DNA of 63,951 nucleotides, counting the filler, from Lama guanicoe (lineage: Eukaryota): NCBI GenBank assembly GCA_013239625.1. It is 76 parts of 73 records of this genome, joined end to end, with 100 filler letters (N's around TTAATTAATTAA, not from the genome) between each part and the next. Parts side by side here need not be neighbours in the genome. Positions count along the whole stretch, not along the records: positions 36,802 to 37,889 come from MU053406.1; positions 37,990 to 38,695 come from MU053408.1; positions 38,796 to 39,598 come from PNXV01001673.1; positions 39,699 to 40,138 come from PNXV01001693.1; positions 40,239 to 40,725 come from PNXV01001694.1; positions 40,826 to 41,500 come from MU053411.1; positions 41,601 to 42,222 come from MU053413.1; positions 42,323 to 43,153 come from PNXV01001706.1; 68 more parts are not named here. One strand, written 5' to 3'. Numbering within the stretch: position 1 is the stretch's first letter; each line of letters opens with the position of its first letter. The notes beneath the pieces are model-generated. The model did not search any database. It worked only from the letters and a program-made list of their open reading frames with translations, and had not been told where the DNA came from. The translations under genes were made by a program, and so were the position numbers. Shown piece after piece: positions 36,802 through 49,707 of this stretch.

Positions 36802-37889
36802 TGACTTCATAGGTTTTTTGTATCACCACGTTCTAAAATCGGACATTTGGAAATAAAAAAGCCTCTTTGAGCAAATTCACACCAATACACATGTAATTTA
36901 CATTGTTTATATAACCATGGCATTCCGTATTCCGAAGATGTTTGATGAAACACGGATTCCACAAACATGCATTTCTGAGTTGTGTACATGCACATGAGAG
37001 ATGATTCAACTATAAGAATTTACCTATGCACTTTGAAATATTTACTTTGACTTCGTAATTTCTTCCTATCACCAGTTTCAAGAATCACACTTGATCTCAG
37101 AAAAACCCTCTTGGAGCGAATTTTACCCTAGAGATATGTAATTTGAATAGACTCCATCTACATGATATTCCGTGTTCCGGACATGCTTCATACAAGACGG
37201 ATTCGTCAAACATGCATTCCTGAGTTGAGGGCATGTGGATTTCTGATCTTTAATCCTCTATAAAAGGAATATTTTCATCTAGANNNNNNNNNNNNNNNNN
37301 NNNNNNNNNNNNNNNNNNNNNNNNNNNNNNNNNNNNNNNNNNNNNNNNNNNNNNNNNNNNNNNNNNNNNNNNNNNNNNNNNNNNNNNNNNNNNNNNNNNN
37401 NNNNNNNNNNNNNNNNNNNNNNNNNNNNNNNNNNNNNNNNNNNNNNNNNNNNNNNNNNNNNNNNNNNNNNNNNNNNNNNNNNNNNNNNNNNNNNNNNNNN
37501 NNNNNNNNNNNNNNNNNNNNNNNNNNNNNNNNNNNNNNNNNNNNNNNNNNNNNNNNNNNNNNNNNNNNNNNNNNNNNNNNNNNNNNNNNNNNNNNNNNNN
37601 NNNNNNNNNNNNNNNNNNNNNNNNNNNNNNNNNGTATCACCACATTCTAAAATCGGTTATTTGGCACTAAAAAAGCCTCTTTGACCAAATTCTCCCCAAT
37701 ACACATGTAATTTACATTGTTTATATAACCATGGCATTCCGTATTCCGAAGATGTTTGATGAAACACGGATTCCACAAACATGCATTTCTGAGTTGTCTA
37801 CATGCACATGAGAGATGATTCAACTATATGAATTTACCTTTGCATTTTGAAATATTTACTTTGACTTCGTAAAGCTTCCTATCACCAGT
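36802..37889 (+). repeat. Satellite E: ~246-bp AT-rich monomer with higher-order repeat
   Basis: TGACTTC at 36802/37048 and TTCCGT.TTCCG at 36923/37168 mark diverged neighbours. 37634-37889 is near-identical to 36820-37076. Confidence 0.88.
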
Positions 37890-38795
37890 NNNNNNNNNNN
37901 NNNNNNNNNNNNNNNNNNNNNNNNNNNNNNNNNTTAATTAATTAANNNNNNNNNNNNNNNNNNNNNNNNNNNNNNNNNNNNNNNNNNNNTGAATAACATT
38001 CGTTAGGTGTCAGCTGTGAGTGGGACGCACGTTAAAGGCCCAACGATGACAACAGAAGTAGCAGTCACCACTTGCTGAGTGTCTCTCCGTGGTGGTTGCG
38101 CGGCCAAGCTCAGGTGGCGGTCTGGGACCAGGAACAGGGCTCGTCTGTGATAAGGGCCAGGCACCCTGTGTCAGGATCCGAGGTCAGTGTGTGATGAAAT
38201 TCAAGGCTCAGTGTGTGACCAGGGTCATGTCTAGGTCTGAGGGTCAGTCAGAGGCCTTACTTTATCCTGAAAGACTCAGTTCTGCAGCAGTTGCCAGGGA
38301 AACTAAGGGGCATCCTGTCTCTCCCACCCACTGCCAGTTTCCACGTGAGTCAGGCTTCCACTTGACACCTGGCCTGGGCNNNNNNNNNNNNNNNNNNNNN
38401 NNNNNNNNNNNNNNNNNNNNNNNNNNNNNNNNNNNNNNNNNNNNNNNNNNNNNNNNNNNNNNNNNNNNNNNNNNNNNNNNNNNNNNNNNNNNNNNNNNNN
38501 NNNNNNNNNNNNNNNNNNNNNNNNNNNNNNNNNNNNNNNNNNNNNNNNNNNNNTTTGTCTCAGTGGGATGGGATGGGATGGCTCAGCAGGGGAGCCCACT
38601 GAGGTATAGAGTGCCAGGCGGGGGCCCCTGTGGTCGGTTTTGGCAGGCAGGCTTAGTCTGGGGCCAGCGAGCGGAGCACTTGGAATCTGATCTGANNNNN
38701 NNNNNNNNNNNNNNNNNNNNNNNNNNNNNNNNNNNNNNNTTAATTAATTAANNNNNNNNNNNNNNNNNNNNNNNNNNNNNNNNNNNNNNNNNNNN

Positions 38796-39598
38796 CTCAT
38801 CTCTGTCAATGAGTTTACCCATTCTGCTTGGCTCTTTTTTATAGCTTCATCTTCATTTTTGACATATTTTATCTCTCTAAGCACTATCTCTTTTAATTCC
38901 TTCAGCAATTTGATCAATCCTTTTTTGAAATCTTGATCAAGTAGGCTATCGATGTCTATTTCATTGATCTTTCTTTCAGGGGATTCCTCTTGTTCTTTAA
39001 ATTGGGAAATGTTTCGCTGCTTCTTCATCTTGCTCATACCTCTCTGGCACTGTGGTTTATGGAGTATCAGTTGTCTATTTTGGATCTTAAGGATTTTATC
39101 TATCTAATACCTATTTATGAATAGAACTTAGGAAAAAAAGAGAAAGAAATAATAAGAGAGAGAGAGAAATATTTTTTAAATAAGGGAGAAAGAGGGTTTG
39201 AAAACAGTGTATAATGAATAATAGAAGTGCTAGTTGAAGCAGAGTATTAATCGGGTGGAGACGTCCTTTTAAAACCTTTAAAAAAAAGAAAAAAAAAGGG
39301 GTGGGGAGATAAATAGATGTATTTGAAGCCTGTGTCTAATCAATAACAGGACATGAAAACCCAAGAGAAATAGAAATGAATTAAGAAGTAAAAATTAAGA
39401 GAGTAATTGAAAATGGAACAGGTAAAAACAGATTTAAGAACAAAACAAAAAACAAACAAAAAAAATACAAAAACAAAAACAAAAAACAAAACAAAACAAA
39501 ACAAAAAGGGGTTGTCGGTGTTCTCCATACAAAAACAAAAACAAAAAACAAAACAAAACAAAACAAAAAGGGGTTGTCGGTGTTCTCCTGGAGTCTGT
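38796..39598 (-). mobile_element. LINE-1 3' part of the 5' UTR and ORF1 N-terminus (ATG at 39037, open to the scaffold end)
   Basis: MSKMKKQRNISQFKEQEESPE...DFKKGLIKLLKELKE is a typical laurasiatherian L1 ORF1p N-terminus and coiled coil. Confidence 0.92.
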
Positions 39599-40238
39599 NN
39601 NNNNNNNNNNNNNNNNNNNNNNNNNNNNNNNNNNNNNNNNNNTTAATTAATTAANNNNNNNNNNNNNNNNNNNNNNNNNNNNNNNNNNNNNNNNNNNNTC
39701 TTACTCCTGTAATCTTTGTAAAAACAAAATGTTTTAAGCATTTTAAAAAATTCACCAATTCACCAAGTTTCACAGATCCTCAGGTAGTTCTGATTACATC
39801 ATAAATGCTTGTGACTTTCTTGAAGTTATGAACATGCATTTTAACCTTCCTAGAATTTCACAAAGGGAACAAATTACTTCACATAGAGCTTTATGTCTAA
39901 CAGGTTCCTTCCAATGTTTTATTATAAGTCTCAGAAGAGTTTAATAAGGATAAATTCCCATATACCCACCACCTAAATTCAATCATTGTTAATACTGTTG
40001 AACTATTTGCAAGCGAGTTGTGCAAATCATGACAGTTGTCTCCTATGTATTTAAGAATGCACCTTACGATGAAGTCAAATAAAAAAATTAGTATTTTATA
40101 TTTTTCCTCCCTCATAGCTCTATTGTTGGTATTTATTTNNNNNNNNNNNNNNNNNNNNNNNNNNNNNNNNNNNNNNNNNNNNTTAATTAATTAANNNNNN
40201 NNNNNNNNNNNNNNNNNNNNNNNNNNNNNNNNNNNNNN

Positions 40239-40725
40239 AAGGAATACTTAACATAGAATTTAGAGGATTGAATGTAGAACACCGAATTTTAAATATAGAA
40301 TAGAGTATATAGAACACAAAATATAGAACATGGAATGTAGAACACAGAATTTAGAATATAGGATGCAGAATACAGAATATAGAATTAAGAATATAGAATG
40401 TAAAACACAGAATTAAAATATGGAATACAGAATATAGAACACAAAATTTAGAACATGGAATGCAGTACACAGAATTTAAAATATAGAACAGCAATACTGA
40501 ATATAGAATATGAATATACACTGTAGAACACAATATTTAGAATATAGAATACAGAATACTGAATTTCGAATTTAGAATATTGAATGTAGAACACAGAATA
40601 TGGAATGTAGAATACGGAATGCAGAATATTGAATAGAGAATATAGAATGTAGAACACACAATAAAGAAAAGAATATGGAAAACAGAATATATAAACCAGA
40701 ATTCAGAACATGGAATGCAGAACAC
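40239..40725 (+). repeat. Satellite A (7-bp periodic)
   Basis: Heptamer run. Confidence 0.95.
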
Positions 40726-41302
40726 NNNNNNNNNNNNNNNNNNNNNNNNNNNNNNNNNNNNNNNNNNNNTTAATTAATTAANNNNNNNNNNNNNNNNNNN
40801 NNNNNNNNNNNNNNNNNNNNNNNNNAAATTTTGTCTCTCCATTCCGTCCCCAGTAACTGAGTCCTAGTTTTCCACGTGACTTCTCATGCTGTTTCACACC
40901 TCGACCTCGGGCTCAGGCTGCCCTTTTTAGAACCCCCTTCACATCTGCTCTTTGCACTGGGTCTGTCTTTTAAGACACAGCCTGGTCTTCCCAGCATTCC
41001 CGGAGCTATTGACATGCAGCAAGTCTCTTCTCTCCTTTGTGCCCTTACTGTATCTGTTCACTTCAGGTGTAGAGCTGTTGAATGATANNNNNNNNNNNNN
41101 NNNNNNNNNNNNNNNNNNNNNNNNNNNNNNNNNNNNNNNNNNNNNNNNNNNNNNNNNNNNNNNNNNCTTCTCCCAGTGCCTATGATTTGATGGATACAGT
41201 AACTATATGTTGTCTTCCTGACTGATTGATTGAATGACCAAGTGTAGGAATATGATGTTTTCTGATGTTGGGTTTTTGTTACCTTGTGTTTTGTTTTTCT
41301 AG

Positions 41303-41429
41303 GGAGAGGCAACAAAGCCGAAAACGGGGGGAAAAGAGAACGGCACTCGGGCGATTAGCAGTGTCCTAAAGGAGAAGGCAGATCAGAGCAAGTTGATTTC
41401 TACTGCCGGAGCACACAAAAGTGACAGAG
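41303..41429 (+). CDS. ANKRD26: Single exon of an ANKRD26-family paralog
   Basis: Strong acceptor TTGTGTTTTGTTTTTCTAG. GEATKPKTGGKENGTRAISSVLKEKADQSKLISTAGAHKSDR aligns without gaps to recalled human ANKRD26 EEPTKPGIAKKENGIDIIESAPLEQTNNDNLTYVDEVHKNNR. The donor is uncertain (GTGGGA at 41430). Confidence 0.65.
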
Positions 41430-41600
41430 GTGGGAAGTCAGGGAGCATCTGTGGGTTTTCTTCTCTGCTTAAAAGCTAGTGTGGTTGGAGGGGGGAGGGT
41501 NNNNNNNNNNNNNNNNNNNNNNNNNNNNNNNNNNNNNNNNNNNNTTAATTAATTAANNNNNNNNNNNNNNNNNNNNNNNNNNNNNNNNNNNNNNNNNNNN

Positions 41601-42222
41601 GAGCTCCCCACGCACTGACAATCGTTCCGGAATCCTGAGCGTTGGGAGGATCCACCAACGGTGGGCAGCGCGTGGGTTTTAACTGAATGCCTAAGCTCGT
41701 CGCCCCTGGGTTTTTTCCTATTGTCTCTGTGCCAGGGAATGCTAGGGCTGTTTGCAGGCAATCCCAGTGACAGAGGCTGCCTCCCCAAGGTGAGGGAAGN
41801 NNNNNNNNNNNNNNNNNNNNNNNNNNNNNNNNNNNNNNNNNNNNNNNNNNNNNNNNNNNNNNNNNNGTTCCGGAATCCTGAGCGTGGGGAGGTTCCACCA
41901 ACGGTCGGCAGCGCGTGGGTTCTAACGGAATGCCTTAGCTCGTCTACCCTGGGTTATTTCCTAATATCTCTGTGCCAGGGAATGCTAGGTGTGTTTGCAG
42001 GCAATCCCAGTGACAGAGGCTGCCTCCGCAAGGCCAGGGAAGATATTTCTTGGACTTCCCCGGACAGGGAACACCTGTGACTGAAGAGAGCTTCGTGGAA
42101 GTGTCTCTCGAGCTCCCCCAAGCACTGAAAATGGTTCCGGAACCATGAGCGTGGGGAGGATCCACGAACGGTTGGCAGCGCGTGGGTTCCAACGGAATGC
42201 CTGAGCTCGTCTCCCCTGAGTG
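41601..42222 (-). repeat. Satellite C (267-bp)
   Basis: Same unit, reverse orientation. Confidence 0.93.
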
Positions 42223-42322
42223 NNNNNNNNNNNNNNNNNNNNNNNNNNNNNNNNNNNNNNNNNNNNTTAATTAATTAANNNNNNNNNNNNNNNNNNNNNN
42301 NNNNNNNNNNNNNNNNNNNNNN

Positions 42323-42545
42323 CATTCATGGATCAGAAGACAGCGCTCTTGGGATGGCAATGCTCCCCAGAACGATTTATACATACAACGTGGTTTCGAT
42401 CACAATCCCAGCGGGCTCCACTGCAGAAACTGTCTAGTTCTGCTACAATTCATATGGGAATTCTAGGGTTTCAGTAACCAAAATATACTTGAAAAAGAAG
42501 AACAAGTTGAGAGGACTTGTAATTCTCAATTTCAAATCTTACAAC
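42323..42545 (+). mobile_element. Old LINE-1 ORF2 fragment
   Basis: TTCATGGATCAGAAGAC...TTGAAAAAGAAGAACAAGTTGAGAGGACT...AATTTCAAATCTTAC. Confidence 0.75.
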
Positions 42546-43759
42546 AGTATCTCCAGGTGAGGTTAGATGCCATTTTTAAGTTATTATTGTGCTTATCCTT
42601 ATTTTCTAAATTCTCTAAAATGAATATAACTGTTACAATAAGAACAATAAAAAGTAAGGTATCTTTTAAAACATGCACACCGATTCATTCATTGGGAAAA
42701 AATATTTTAACTATTAAGAGATAAACAAATATCTAGTGAAAAAGTACTACTTAAAAACAAGAGAGCATTTACACGTTTCATAAATTGAAAACTGAAAAGC
42801 ACAAACAAATCAAGTTTCTAGGGAGACCGATGCAACATATTAATAGTTATTTTAAAAAATTCTAATGGAACAATGAAAACTCAAGAAAGGGAAAATCGTG
42901 ATTGACAGCCAAAGGCAAACACATGGAAAGCGAAGGCCTAGAAATCACAGTTCCTTTAACTCTGCTACTAACTCAATAGGAGAGGAAAGTCCTCACTGAG
43001 GGGACAGTGGAATCCCATGCAAAAGACAGGATGCACTGTACAAACTGCACTAGAATCGCGGGTGATTTTCTCAGAAGAATTCTAAAGTTACAACAGAAAC
43101 TATGAAAACACTGACAGAAAGATTAAAATACACAGTCATATATATTATATAGANNNNNNNNNNNNNNNNNNNNNNNNNNNNNNNNNNNNNNNNNNNNTTA
43201 ATTAATTAANNNNNNNNNNNNNNNNNNNNNNNNNNNNNNNNNNNNNNNNNNNNTAGTTTTATTTTTCAAGTAAAAGGCTATAGCCTGTTTTTTCTTCCAG
43301 CGTTACACAAAGTTCTCATTGATCCAGGTACATGATTTATGTGCTTAGTTTCTGCGGGTTTTTTGTTTTTTTTTTTTAGTGCTTGTTTCATTGTGGTGTG
43401 AATGAATGTTTAAAATTTCTGGATTTCTGGATTTTGATCTTTAGAACATGCTGATTTATCAGAACTTTTAAAAACCTGATTGTTCTTTCATCCTTGTTTG
43501 GTGGGGCACCCTATTGGTTACTGTTGTCTGTTAAAGAGCAAAATTCTTCCTCTAGCCTGCAGATCATTAAGTGAATGGTTTTCAGTGTGCCTTTAAATTT
43601 CATTGAGTGTGTTGAACATGATTGTCCAGTGAATTTTGAATTGACTCACATTAATGACTNNNNNNNNNNNNNNNNNNNNNNNNNNNNNNNNNNNNNNNNN
43701 NNNTTAATTAATTAANNNNNNNNNNNNNNNNNNNNNNNNNNNNNNNNNNNNNNNNNNNN

Positions 43760-44606
43760 TTAATATTATAGAATACAGAAATCTGAATATAGTATTTAGA
43801 ATATAGAAAGTAGAACACAGATATAGAATATAGAATATAGATTATACAACCCACAATTTAGAACATGGAATGCATAACACAGAAATTAGAATATATAATA
43901 CATTATACTGATCATAGAACTTAGAACATTGAATGCAGAACACAGAATTTAGAATATAGAATACAGAATACTGAATATAGAATTGAGAACATGGAGTGCA
44001 NNNNNNNNNNNNNNNNNNNNNNNNNNNNNNNNNNNNNNNNNNNNNNNNNNNNNNNNNNNNNNNNNNNNNNNNNNNNNNNNNNNNNNNNNNNNNNNNNNNN
44101 NNNNNNNNNNNNNNNNNNNNNNNNNNNNNNNNNNNNNNNNNNNNNNNNNNNNNNNNNNNNNNNNNNNNNNNNNNNNNNNNNNNNNNNNNNNNNNNNNNNN
44201 NNNNNNNNNNNNNNNNNNNNNNNNNNNNNNNNNNNNNNNNNNNNNNNNNNNNNNNNNNNNNNNNNNNNNNNNNNNNNNNNNNNNNNNNNNNNNNNNNNNN
44301 NNNNNNNNNNNNNNNNNNNNNNNNNNNNNNNNNNNNNNNNNNNNNNNNNNNNNNNNNNNNNNNNNNNNNNNNNNNNNNNNNNNNNNNNNNNNNNNNNNNN
44401 NNNNNNNNNNNNNNNNNNNNNNNNNNNNNNNNNNNNNNNNNNNNNNNNNNNNNNNNNNNNNNNNNNNNNNNNNNNNNNNNNNNNNNGAAGAACGCAACAT
44501 ATAGACTAAAGAATAGAGAATATATGAGCCAGAATTTAGAACATGGAATGCAGAACCCAGAATTTCAAATATAAATACTGAATACTGAATGTAGGATATT
44601 GAATAT
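43760..44606 (+). repeat. Satellite A (7-bp periodic), gapped
   Basis: Heptamer run. Confidence 0.93.
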
Positions 44607-44706
44607 NNNNNNNNNNNNNNNNNNNNNNNNNNNNNNNNNNNNNNNNNNNNTTAATTAATTAANNNNNNNNNNNNNNNNNNNNNNNNNNNNNNNNNNNNNN
44701 NNNNNN

Positions 44707-45286
44707 TTTCCCTGTGAACTACTACAAGATCTTGAATTAATTTCCCTGTGCTATACAGTATTACCTTGTTTATCTATTCTATATATACCTGTCAGTATCT
44801 ACAAATCTTGAACTCATAGTCTGTCCCGTCCCACCCTTCTCCCTCCTGGCAAATGCAAGTTTGTATTCTATGCCTGTGAGTCTGTTTCTGTTTTACATTT
44901 AAGTTCATTTATCTTCTTTTGTTTTTTGTGTTTTTTTAGATGCCACAAACGAGTGATTATCATATGGCATTTTTCTTTCCCTTTCTGGCTTACGTCACTT
45001 AGAATGACATTCTCCAGGGACACCCATGTTGCTGTAAATGGCATTGTGTTTTCATTTTTATGGCTGAGTAGTATTTCATTGTATAAGCATACCACTGCTT
45101 CTTTATACAGTCATCTGTCAATGGACATTTAGGCTGTTTCCATGTCTTGGCTATTGTAAATGCTGCTGCTGTGAACATGGGGGTGCAGGTGTCATTTTGA
45201 ATTAGGGTTCCCATCAGGAGCGGGATTCCTGGGTTACGTGGTAAGTCTATTCCTAGTCTTTTGAGGAATCGCCATACTGTTTTCCA
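44707..45286 (-). mobile_element. LINE-1 ORF2 C-terminus and 3' UTR
   Basis: TLIQNDTCTPMFTAAAFTIAKTWKQPKCP...WYAYTMKYYSAIK. Confidence 0.95.
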
Positions 45287-45386
45287 NNNNNNNNNNNNNN
45301 NNNNNNNNNNNNNNNNNNNNNNNNNNNNNNTTAATTAATTAANNNNNNNNNNNNNNNNNNNNNNNNNNNNNNNNNNNNNNNNNNNN

Positions 45387-45775
45387 ACACTGATCATTGT
45401 TCCGGAAACCTGAGCGTCGAGCGATTCCAACAATGTTCGGCAGCATGTGGGTTCTAATGGAATGCCTTAGCTCGTCACCCCTGAGGGTTTTCCTAATGTC
45501 TCTGTGCCAGGGAACTCTAGTGGGGTTTACAGGAATTCCCAGAGACAGAGGCTGCCTCCCTAAGTTCAGGGAAGATATTTCTCGGATTTTCCCCAAACCG
45601 GGAACACCTGTGACTGAAGAGAGCTGCGTGGAGTTGTCTCTCGAAAAAGATCATGGTTATCCTGAGCATGGGAAGGTTCCACCAACGGTCGGCAGTGCGT
45701 GGGTTCTAACGGATTGCATGAATTCGTCCCCCTGAGTGTTTTCCTAATGTCTAGCTGCCAGGGAATGAAATGATA
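45387..45775 (-). repeat. Satellite C (267-bp family), diverged copy with an internal deletion
   Basis: Same unit motifs. Confidence 0.9.
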
Positions 45776-45875
45776 NNNNNNNNNNNNNNNNNNNNNNNNN
45801 NNNNNNNNNNNNNNNNNNNTTAATTAATTAANNNNNNNNNNNNNNNNNNNNNNNNNNNNNNNNNNNNNNNNNNNN

Positions 45876-46298
45876 AGCGTGGGGAGGTTCCACAGACGGT
45901 CTGCAGTGCGTGTGTTCTAACGGATTGCATAAGCACGTCTCCCCTGAGGGTTTTCCTAATGTCTGGCTGCAAGGTAATGCTAGGGATCTGCGTTGCAATT
46001 CCCAGGGTCAGCGGCTGCCACCCCAAGGTTAAGGAATGTATTTCTCTGACTTCCCCGAATAGGGAACTCCTGTGACTGAAGAGAGCTGCGTGGAGTTGCC
46101 TCTCGGGCTCCCCCAAGCACTGACAATTTTTCCGGAATCCTGAGTGTCGGGGGGTGCCTCCAATGGTCGGCAGCTCATGAGTTCTAACGGATTGACTGAG
46201 CTCGTCTCCCCTGAGTGTTTTGCTATGTTCTGGCTGCCAGTGAATGCTCGGAATCTGCGCTGGAATTACCAGGGTCAGCAGCAGCCAGCCCAAGATTT
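45876..46298 (-). repeat. Satellite C (267-bp family), diverged copy
   Basis: Same unit motifs. Confidence 0.9.
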
Positions 46299-46398
46299 NN
46301 NNNNNNNNNNNNNNNNNNNNNNNNNNNNNNNNNNNNNNNNNNTTAATTAATTAANNNNNNNNNNNNNNNNNNNNNNNNNNNNNNNNNNNNNNNNNNNN

Positions 46399-46849
46399 AG
46401 TTCATTCTCCTGATGGGTTAAATTGTTTATTTGTGATTTTTCTTCTTTTTTGAGTAAGGCCTGTATCGCTATAAACTCCCTTCTCAACAGTGCTTTTGCT
46501 GTGTCCCATAAATGTTGTTTGGTTTTGCTTTCATTTACTATTGTCTCAAGGTGCATTTTCATTTCAGCTTTGATTTCTTTTTTGACTCATATGTATTTTA
46601 ATAACATATTGTTTTATCCACATGTTTTCCTTTTGTTCTCCTTTGTTTCTCTTTGTTGATGTCAAGCTTCATGGCATTGTGGTCAGTAAAGATGCTTGAG
46701 GTAATTTCTATCTTCTGAAAATTGCTGAGGTTTCTTTTGTGCCCAATTATATCACAAATCCTGGAAAATGTCCCATGTGCAACGGAAAAGAATGTATATC
46801 CTATTTTGTGGGTGGTGCAATTCTCCAAAAATATTCACCAAGTGTAATA
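46399..46849 (-). mobile_element. LINE-1 ORF2 endonuclease C-terminal part, disrupted
   Basis: YTFFSVAHGTFSRI...IFTDHNAMKLDIN and QHLWDTAKALLRREFIAIQA...SQINNLT. Confidence 0.93.
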
Positions 46850-48099
46850 NNNNNNNNNNNNNNNNNNNNNNNNNNNNNNNNNNNNNNNNNNNNTTAATTA
46901 ATTAANNNNNNNNNNNNNNNNNNNNNNNNNNNNNNNNNNNNNNNNNNNNCTCGGCCCGAGCGTTTTTCTCAGTGTGGGGTTGTGACCCAGCGCTGCAGCG
47001 GGTCCTGCTCTCGGCTGCCGGGCAGGAAGCAGCTGGGGTGGAGCGCAGGATCCTGACAGCAGGCGGCGTGTCTGTTCAGGGGCCGACCCATGTGCCCTCC
47101 TCAGGCCCTGGACGTGATAGCTGGGCTTTGAGTTCACCGGGCCTTGTGCAGAAGACTGGGGCCAGGCGACAGGAGGTGACTTTGGGGCCAGGCATGGATG
47201 GCAGGATCCGGCTGGGGAGGATGGGGACTGGCAGGTGGGACAGAGCTGCCCAGTAGAGGCCCAGCACATACCGAGGAAGGGAGGGGTGACGGCACGGCTG
47301 GGCACGTGGCTGGGTTGGGGTCCATGGGCACGTGGCTGGGTTGGGGTCCGTTGCAGCCATGTATCCCCGAGAAAGCCTGGGAGTCAACAGAGGGCTTTCC
47401 TCTGTGAGGTGGAAGTGGCCACAGCCAGGGCATCAAGGCTGGTGTGGCAGCTCTGGGACCACCTGGGACCTTCGCCCACCCAGCTGGCTCCGTCGTCACT
47501 AGGGGCTGCCAGCTTCAGGGCCTTCGTGTCTCTGTCTGTGAAAGGGATGGGAATTGGAGCTGATACTCATCACGTACTAGGAGCAGGGCCTGGGACAACA
47601 TAGGCGCAACTAAACATTCTTAGAACAAGAGGAGAAGCTGGTGAAGCAAAGGGGTGGGATCCCTGTCGGTCCTGTAGGCCAGGATGCCGTGACCAGAGGA
47701 GGCACTCTGCAGGGCGAGGGGTGGAAGGCGGGAGAGCAGGCGGCTGGAGCGTCGGTGGTGAGGGCCNNNNNNNNNNNNNNNNNNNNNNNNNNNNNNNNNN
47801 NNNNNNNNNNTTAATTAATTAANNNNNNNNNNNNNNNNNNNNNNNNNNNNNNNNNNNNNNNNNNNNAGAAATCTTCAAGGGATTAGTTGGTTTTTATTAT
47901 TGTAAATCTTCTCACATTAATTTTGAGTTTCTCAATATCCAGATATTCTTTTTTTGTCAGTCTACCCTATATCTACATATGTGAGAGGACCAAGACCCTG
48001 ATGCAACAATCATTCTTCCCAGAGAAAGCCCATGTCCTGTGATCTATAGGACCCAGCAGCATATATAAATATATACTTATCTACACTGGCACATTATAA

Positions 48100-49012
48100 T
48101 CACTCATAATTACCTTTGGACTCACTCTTGGTGTTGAATACTCTATGTGTCTGGACAAGTGTACAATGGTATTTATCCACTGTTACAGTACCACACACAA
48201 TTGTTTCACTGCCCAAAAAATCCTCTATGCTTCACCTAATCAATCTTCCCTTTCTCATAACACTTAGCAACTTTTCATCTTTTTATTATCTCCATAGTAT
48301 TGTTTTTTCCAGAATATCATGAGGTTGGAATCATATAATACATAGCCTTTGTAGATTGGCTTCTTTCACTTATCATTATACATTTAAGGATCTATATTAT
48401 CTTTTTNNNNNNNNNNNNNNNNNNNNNNNNNNNNNNNNNNNNNNNNNNNNNNNNNNNNNNNNNNNNNNNNNNNNNNNNNNNNNNNNNNNNNNNNNNNNNN
48501 NNNNNNNNNNNNNNNNNNNNNNNNNNNNNNNNNNNNNNNNNNNNNNNNNNNNNNNNNNNNNNNNNNNNNNNNNNNNNNNNNNNNNNNNNNNNNNNNNNNN
48601 NNNNNNNNNNNNNNNNNNNNNNNNNNNNNNNNNNNNNNNNNNNNNNNNNNNNNNNNNNNNNAAGAAACTGCACTACTTTCCAAACTGTTTTAATCATTTT
48701 GTATTTCCATCAGCAATAAGTAAGAGTTCCTGTTGCTCTACATCTTGGCAGGATGTTTGGTGTTGTCAGTGTTCTACATTTGGTTAGTCTAATAGGTATG
48801 TAGTAGTATCTTTTTGTTTCAATTTGTAGTTTCCTAATGGCATACAATGCTGAACATATTTTCGTATGTTTGCTATCTGTCATCATCCTTGGTGAGGTAT
48901 CTGCTCAGGTAATTTGCTCATTTTTTAAATCAGGTTGTTTAATGTCCTATTGTTGAGCTTTTAAGAATTCTTTGTATATTTTGGCTAATAGCCTTTTATC
49001 AGATATATCTTT
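48100..49012 (-). mobile_element. Old LINE-1 3' region
   Basis: TTTCCAGAATATCATGAGGTTGGAATCATA...GATTGGCTTCTTTCACTTA and ATTTCCATCAGCAATAAGTAAGAGTTCCTGTTGCTCTACATC are antisense L1 3' motifs. Confidence 0.8.
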
Positions 49013-49112
49013 NNNNNNNNNNNNNNNNNNNNNNNNNNNNNNNNNNNNNNNNNNNNTTAATTAATTAANNNNNNNNNNNNNNNNNNNNNNNNNNNNNNNN
49101 NNNNNNNNNNNN

Positions 49113-49607
49113 GTACCACCCCATATATATGTATGTAGTGTAGTTTCCAACTTAATAGAAAGTTTGTGTTCCAGTCAAGCTAGGTGAAGGACGGCTTTCA
49201 CACCAAATTATCTCTAAGAACTCAGCATGTGGGGATACTTTCATTCATCTAGCATGAAGGGAAAGGGTTGCTGTAGAAACACTTACTCTGTTTCTCAGTC
49301 TGTTTTCTATTGCCGGTTAGAAGTTCCTGCAGTTTTCACTGTAAAACCGAGTTGGAGCTAGTAACTCCCCATATATATGTATGTAGTGTAATTTCAAACT
49401 GAAAAGAAAGTTTGTGTTCCAGTCAAGCTAGGTGAATGATGGCTTTCACACACACTTATCTCTCAGAACTGAGCATGTGGAGAGACGTTCGTTCATCTAG
49501 CACAAAGGGAAGGGTTTGCAGGAGAAACACTTACTCCGGTACTCTGTTTCCTAGTGCTGCTTTGAATTTCCTGCAATTTTCACTGTAAAACCGTGTTGGA
49601 GCTAGTA
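49113..49607 (-). repeat. Satellite B (249-bp)
   Basis: Reverse complement of the unit in 53613-54613; about two monomers. Confidence 0.93.
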
Positions 49608-49707
49608 NNNNNNNNNNNNNNNNNNNNNNNNNNNNNNNNNNNNNNNNNNNNTTAATTAATTAANNNNNNNNNNNNNNNNNNNNNNNNNNNNNNNNNNNNN
49701 NNNNNNN

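Noticed and set aside
39468..39588. 62-bp tandem duplication in the L1 5' UTR
   Set aside because: It is absent from the homologous copy at 19960-20030 and sits in low-complexity sequence at a scaffold end, so it is likely slippage or an assembly artefact.
8559..41438. Treating the HERC2, ANO6 and ANKRD26 exons as one gene cluster or chimeric gene
   Set aside because: They are on separate scaffolds joined artificially, so no linkage can be inferred.
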